Origin: Desulfosporosinus sp. UBA5188
Lineage (GTDB): Bacteria > Bacillota > Desulfitobacteriia > Desulfitobacteriales > Desulfitobacteriaceae
Assembly (NCBI GenBank): GCA_002413075.1
Contig: DHWG01000069.1
Span: 2,119 to 54,466, forward strand
Length of the DNA stretch: 52,348 nt
Direction of reading: 5' to 3'
Shown: one piece after another, positions 48,666-52,348 of the stretch
Numbering within the stretch: position 1 is the stretch's first letter
Layout of the letters: each line of letters opens with the position of its first letter
The notes under the pieces: generated by a model
What the model saw: only the letters and a program-made list of their open reading frames with translations
Database searches by the model: none
Told to the model about the DNA's origin: nothing
Position numbers and translations under genes: made by a program

Positions 48666-50621
48666 TCATTCTTTCGATTTTGGTTTAATGCTTGAGTCTG
48701 CCAATAATTCATCTTGAGGTGCAGGACGATAAGGGACACTCGTGACAAGAATACTTTTTCGGAAAAGCAACATCAGCTTGATCAATTGCCCTGTCTGATT
48801 ATGCAAAATATTATGCCAAAACTTTACTGGAACATATTCCCCAATGGCAAGGGTAATTGTGTCAAAATTTCCATTCTTCTCGATCTTATCAATATAATGC
48901 AATAAATCATGGACTATTGCCCTATAGGGAGACTCAACAATTTCTAAAGGTATTTCCATATGTTGTTCTGCCCAATGCTTTAGAAGTTTTGCCGTTCGAC
49001 TTGGGTCCGAGGCAATATGAACAGCCGTAACTTGTGGAGTTAAGGCATACGCATATTTTAAAGTTTTCAATACAATTAAGTTCAAGTCATAAACAGGTAC
49101 AATCACTTTATTGTGATAATCTGCTAGTTCGAATTGTGATCTCCGACGTCTTAATTTTTTCACGTGATTATGAAAATCGTCTATTGCTTCCGGAGTAATA
49201 TCTAAATTTTGTATTTCTATATGGTACACATAATGGATACCACGGAACATTAAAACGAGGAGGGGCATGATCACAAGAATAATCCAGGCTCCTTGCTTAA
49301 ACTTGGTCGTAATAAAGATAAGTAGGACTATGAATGAAACGATTCCACCAAAACTAAATATAGCAAAATCGTAACGCCACTTGTCGCCTCTTTCCTTCCA
49401 AATATGCTTGGCAAGTCCCGTGCCGGTTAGCGTAAACGAAATAAACACGCCAATTGCGTAAAGGGGAAGCATCGTATGGGTATCTCCATGAAACACTATA
49501 ATTAGGAGACTGGAAACGAGAAACAACGTCCAAATTCCGGCACTATAAACCAAGCTATCCCCTAAGTTTTTGAAATACCTCGGAGTGTAGCCATCTCGTG
49601 CCATTAAACTCAATAAGATGGGTAGTCCTGCATAGGGGGTACTCGAGGCTATGACTAGGATTGCGGCGGCTGTCGCCATCAGAACAAAATAGGGAAGGGT
49701 TTTTCCAAATATGATGAGTCCTAACTGATTGAGAACGGTATTTCCTGTAATTGGAACAATGTGGTAAGAACCCGCTAAAAACGTCAAACCTATCAGACCA
49801 AGAGAAACAATGATGGCCAAAATCAACAAAGTTTTAATAGCCCTCTTTTGAGAAGGCTTTTTGAACGCTGTAACCCCATTGCTCACCGCTTCAAACCCCG
49901 TCAAAGCCGTTGTTCCCCCTGCAAACGCCCGTGCTAAGAGAAACCAAGTCATACCACTTGCTGTGGAGGAAGCAAGTTGCTGTGTTGCCATCGCCGTGGG
50001 TGTTACACCATTAATCAAGATTTCCACTAAGCCAGTTCCAATCAAAAGTGCTAAGGTGGCAATATAAAGATACACAGGGAAGGAAAACAGGCGCGCCGAT
50101 TCCTTTAAGCCACGCAAATTGATCCACGTCATAAACAAAATGACCAAACAGTCTGCTAACACTTTGTGTCCAGATGGAGCTAACCATGGGATAATTCCTG
50201 TCATGTTTTCGATCGCCGAGCTAACACTGACCGCCACGGTCAAAATATAGTCGAGCGTCAAGCTTGCCCCTGCAATAAGACCAAAATTTTCGCCAAGATA
50301 CGCTTTAGCGATGGTGTAAGATCCCCCGCCTTCGGGGTATTTCTGAATCGCTTTACGGTAAACAAGAAAAATGCTGATCACTAGCAGTACGATGGCAAAC
50401 GATATCTTTAAAATATACGCATATCCTACCGTTCCAGCCAGAAGCAGGACATACAAGATCTCGTCAGGAGCATATCCCTCAGAAGAAATAATATCTGAGC
50501 CAAAAACTGGTATTCCTCCGCGAACACCCACTTTCGACTCTTCGGCATTTTGTGAAGAGAGTGGGTGACCGAAGATAAAAGTGCGGAGTTTCAGCGAGAA
50601 AAGTCTGGTAATATTACCCAT
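48666..50621 (-). CDS. APC-family permease, KimA/YdaO-like (probable K+ transporter)
   Basis: SDIISSEGYAPDE, YPEGGGSY, DYILTVAVSVSS, ALTGFEAVSNGV, PLYAIGVF, ESPYR, LHNQT. Confidence 0.8.
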   Translation of the reverse strand: MGNITRLFSLKLRTFIFGHPLSSQNAEESKVGVRGGIPVFGSDIISSEGYAPDEILYVLLLAGTVGYAYILKISFAIVLLVISIFLVYRKAIQKYPEGGGSYTIAKAYLGENFGLIAGASLTLDYILTVAVSVSSAIENMTGIIPWLAPSGHKVLADCLVILFMTWINLRGLKESARLFSFPVYLYIATLALLIGTGLVEILINGVTPTAMATQQLASSTASGMTWFLLARAFAGGTTALTGFEAVSNGVTAFKKPSQKRAIKTLLILAIIVSLGLIGLTFLAGSYHIVPITGNTVLNQLGLIIFGKTLPYFVLMATAAAILVIASSTPYAGLPILLSLMARDGYTPRYFKNLGDSLVYSAGIWTLFLVSSLLIIVFHGDTHTMLPLYAIGVFISFTLTGTGLAKHIWKERGDKWRYDFAIFSFGGIVSFIVLLIFITTKFKQGAWIILVIMPLLVLMFRGIHYVYHIEIQNLDITPEAIDDFHNHVKKLRRRRSQFELADYHNKVIVPVYDLNLIVLKTLKYAYALTPQVTAVHIASDPSRTAKLLKHWAEQHMEIPLEIVESPYRAIVHDLLHYIDKIEKNGNFDTITLAIGEYVPVKFWHNILHNQTGQLIKLMLLFRKSILVTSVPYRPAPQDELLADSSIKPKSKE

Positions 50622-50723
50622 CAGAAATGGCCTTCTTTCTTATCACAGTATCATAAACTTAGTATATACTTTTAAGATGATAATTAGTTCCTATATCAAA
50701 ATTTGCTGTTGCTAGTTCACATC

Positions 50724-51587
50724 TCATTCATTCGTTTTTTTACGATAATACTCATAAGCTACTTCTGTTTTAAAGCCAATATTTTTATAAAGATTAAATG
50801 CATATGCATTCGTACTTTCGACCTCAATCACAATTTTTCGGAGTCCACGCTGTCTTAGTTGTTCTATAATTAAGTGAAGAAGATCATGCCCATATCCCTT
50901 ACTCCGAAATTCGGGTACAATGCCAAAGCCAAAGATTGAGACTTCCTCCCCATCGCGGCTTGATGATCCGATTCCAATAATTTCATCATTCAAGATCCCG
51001 AGGTATTGATCACGAGTACTGGATTTAAAAATATTGGCAATCATCCCTTGAGCATCCTCATAGCTATCATCAAATATTGTCATGCTAACATCGATCAGTC
51101 TCTTAAAATCTTCCTCACTCGGTTTGAGATACTTCAAGCGATTATAGGCCAGTGGCACATACTTTTTGTTATCTAATCTCATAGAATATTCGGTATATTC
51201 GTATTGAGCTGCTAGTTGTTTAACAACATGTTTACCGGTAATTGATTGACTCTCAACGACAAAAAGGACTTCCGGTATTTCATATTTTATGAGTTCTTCC
51301 AAGGCTTTAAATAATAACTTCTTGAAGTATCCCTTACCTCTCTGGGCAGGTAACGTCAAGGCAGTTATTTCAGCTTCATGTTGTGTCGGTACAAACATCG
51401 TCAGCAGGCTGATGAGCTGGTTGCCGTCATACATGAGAAAAATACTACTCATGTCCCGATTATAATTCATCGTTGTATCGACAAATATGCTTCCCTTAAG
51501 GTGATCCTGGTCTTTACAGATCTTCTCTAGGTGATGTACTTGATTCACTACATTCTCACTGTAACCTTTCAATGCTTTTATAATCAA
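50724..51587 (-). CDS. Tandem-domain GNAT acetyltransferase
   Basis: Two acetyl-CoA motifs QRGKGY and FRSKGYG; N..A..LY..GF; AGGAGG RBS. Confidence 0.85.
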   Translation of the reverse strand: MIIKALKGYSENVVNQVHHLEKICKDQDHLKGSIFVDTTMNYNRDMSSIFLMYDGNQLISLLTMFVPTQHEAEITALTLPAQRGKGYFKKLLFKALEELIKYEIPEVLFVVESQSITGKHVVKQLAAQYEYTEYSMRLDNKKYVPLAYNRLKYLKPSEEDFKRLIDVSMTIFDDSYEDAQGMIANIFKSSTRDQYLGILNDEIIGIGSSSRDGEEVSIFGFGIVPEFRSKGYGHDLLHLIIEQLRQRGLRKIVIEVESTNAYAFNLYKNIGFKTEVAYEYYRKKTNE

Positions 51588-51808
51588 ATAAATCCCTCCT
51601 CAGAACGGCATTTTATCCATTCGCATATTACTATAGCAGTAGTTACCGTCATTAACAACGCGAAACCTTTTCGCAGCCTATTTAACTTTAGTTTTTTGCA
51701 TGAAGTCTAAATAACAAGTGGTACTTTTCGAATTTCACCCGAAATAAATACTAATGAATTTTACTCTACTTTTAGGTCAATGTCTACTGGTTTTCCAGGT
51801 CCCTATTC

Positions 51809-51866
51809 CATAGGAAACTTTAAATGGGGCTTCGCAATACTATTGGGAAGCCCTATAGTTTCTTAT
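51809..51866. terminator. Imperfect long hairpin downstream of kdpE remnant
   Basis: ATAGGAAACT..GGGCTTC..GAAGCCC..AGTTTCTTAT. Confidence 0.45.
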
Positions 51867-51933
51867 GATTATAAGAGTGCCTGGCTTTGTACCAAAAGTA
51901 CTAATATATACTAGTCGATACCCTACCCCTGGC

Positions 51934-52140
51934 TCAGTCATGATATGCGGGAACATTGGACCATTCTCTCAGTAGACGAACCACTTCTAGTCCATCGAGA
52001 TCGGGTAATCCTAAGTCTAAGATAACTAGATCCGGTGCGAACATAGCAATCTCGTCAAGGCCTTCCTGACCTGTCCCGACGTCTTTCACAACATACCCAT
52101 GACTGGTTAAAGCCACACGCAAAAAACGCCGTATCTGTGT
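51934..52140 (-). pseudogene. kdpE: KdpE-like response regulator fragment (partial receiver domain)
   Basis: QIRRFLRVALTSHGY..PDLVILDLGLPDLDGLEV..LREWSNVP; lacks N-terminal acidic pocket, conserved Thr/Lys and DNA-binding domain. Confidence 0.8.
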
Positions 52141-52142
52141 AA

Positions 52143-52348
52143 TTAGGCGGTGATCATCGCGGGAACTCTTCCCCAACGAGCTGCGCTCAATAAAACAGGC
52201 AAAAGAAATAGCATTAAAATATTAACGGTTCCAAAAAAGTAACTTATGAGGATAATGACTAAAGAGGTAAATATTATCATAACGATGGAGAATAAATAGG
52301 GTATCAAAGTAAACCCACGCCGTTTAACCTGCGTTCCCGGGAATATGT
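52143..52348 (-). pseudogene. kdpD: Truncated KdpD-like sensor kinase entering from window edge
   Basis: Manual translation ..GFTLIPYLFSIVMIIFTSLVIILISYFFGTVNILMLFLLPVLLSAARWGRVPAMITA*, resembling the first half of the KdpD membrane (DUF4118) domain, stops at 52143. Confidence 0.7.

Noticed and set aside
1309-50568. Many short plus-strand and nested ORFs in the track (e.g. 1886-2299, 7666-8100, 16447-16821, 45470-45862)
   Set aside because: Antisense or off-frame shadows of well-supported genes, with no RBS or motifs
1-52348. tRNA, rRNA, CRISPR arrays, transposase, integrase, prophage or defence genes
   Set aside because: None recognised by eye; long ORFs are accounted for and intergenic gaps are short

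Overview
Chromosomal core/metabolic region from a low-GC anaerobic Firmicute; gene content and style suggest Desulfosporosinus/Desulfitobacteriaceae, which is an inference. Almost all genes are on the minus strand. Contents: the 5' end of a cardiolipin synthase; an anaerobic cobalamin operon (cbiET-L-F-G-H-J-X-C-P-B-A-pduX-cobD) behind a cobalamin riboswitch; a stand-alone cbiD; a second riboswitch-controlled operon for alpha-ribazole salvage (cblS-cblT plus its own ECF ATPase and T component); a glycogen operon (glgP-C-D-A, a GH13-GH77 fusion, no glgB); a BmrCD/YheIH-like ABC exporter; an unannotated 49-aa CxxC..CxxC protein; ytxJ; an NMT1-type ABC importer; dinB; fused purL; a divergent phoH; dedA; a KimA/YdaO-like permease; a GNAT; and three decayed loci (DUF502 with an in-frame TGA, an EamA pseudogene, a kdpD'/'kdpE remnant). 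Most notable is a 114-bp three-hairpin element (16859-16972) with the signatures of a non-autonomous IS200/IS605 derivative: TTTAT target, TCAC right end, and matching guide tetranucleotides. It lies in frame and stop-free inside the 5' end of the ECF ATPase gene and also carries a replacement RBS and TTG start. All family calls come from motif recognition, not database searches.
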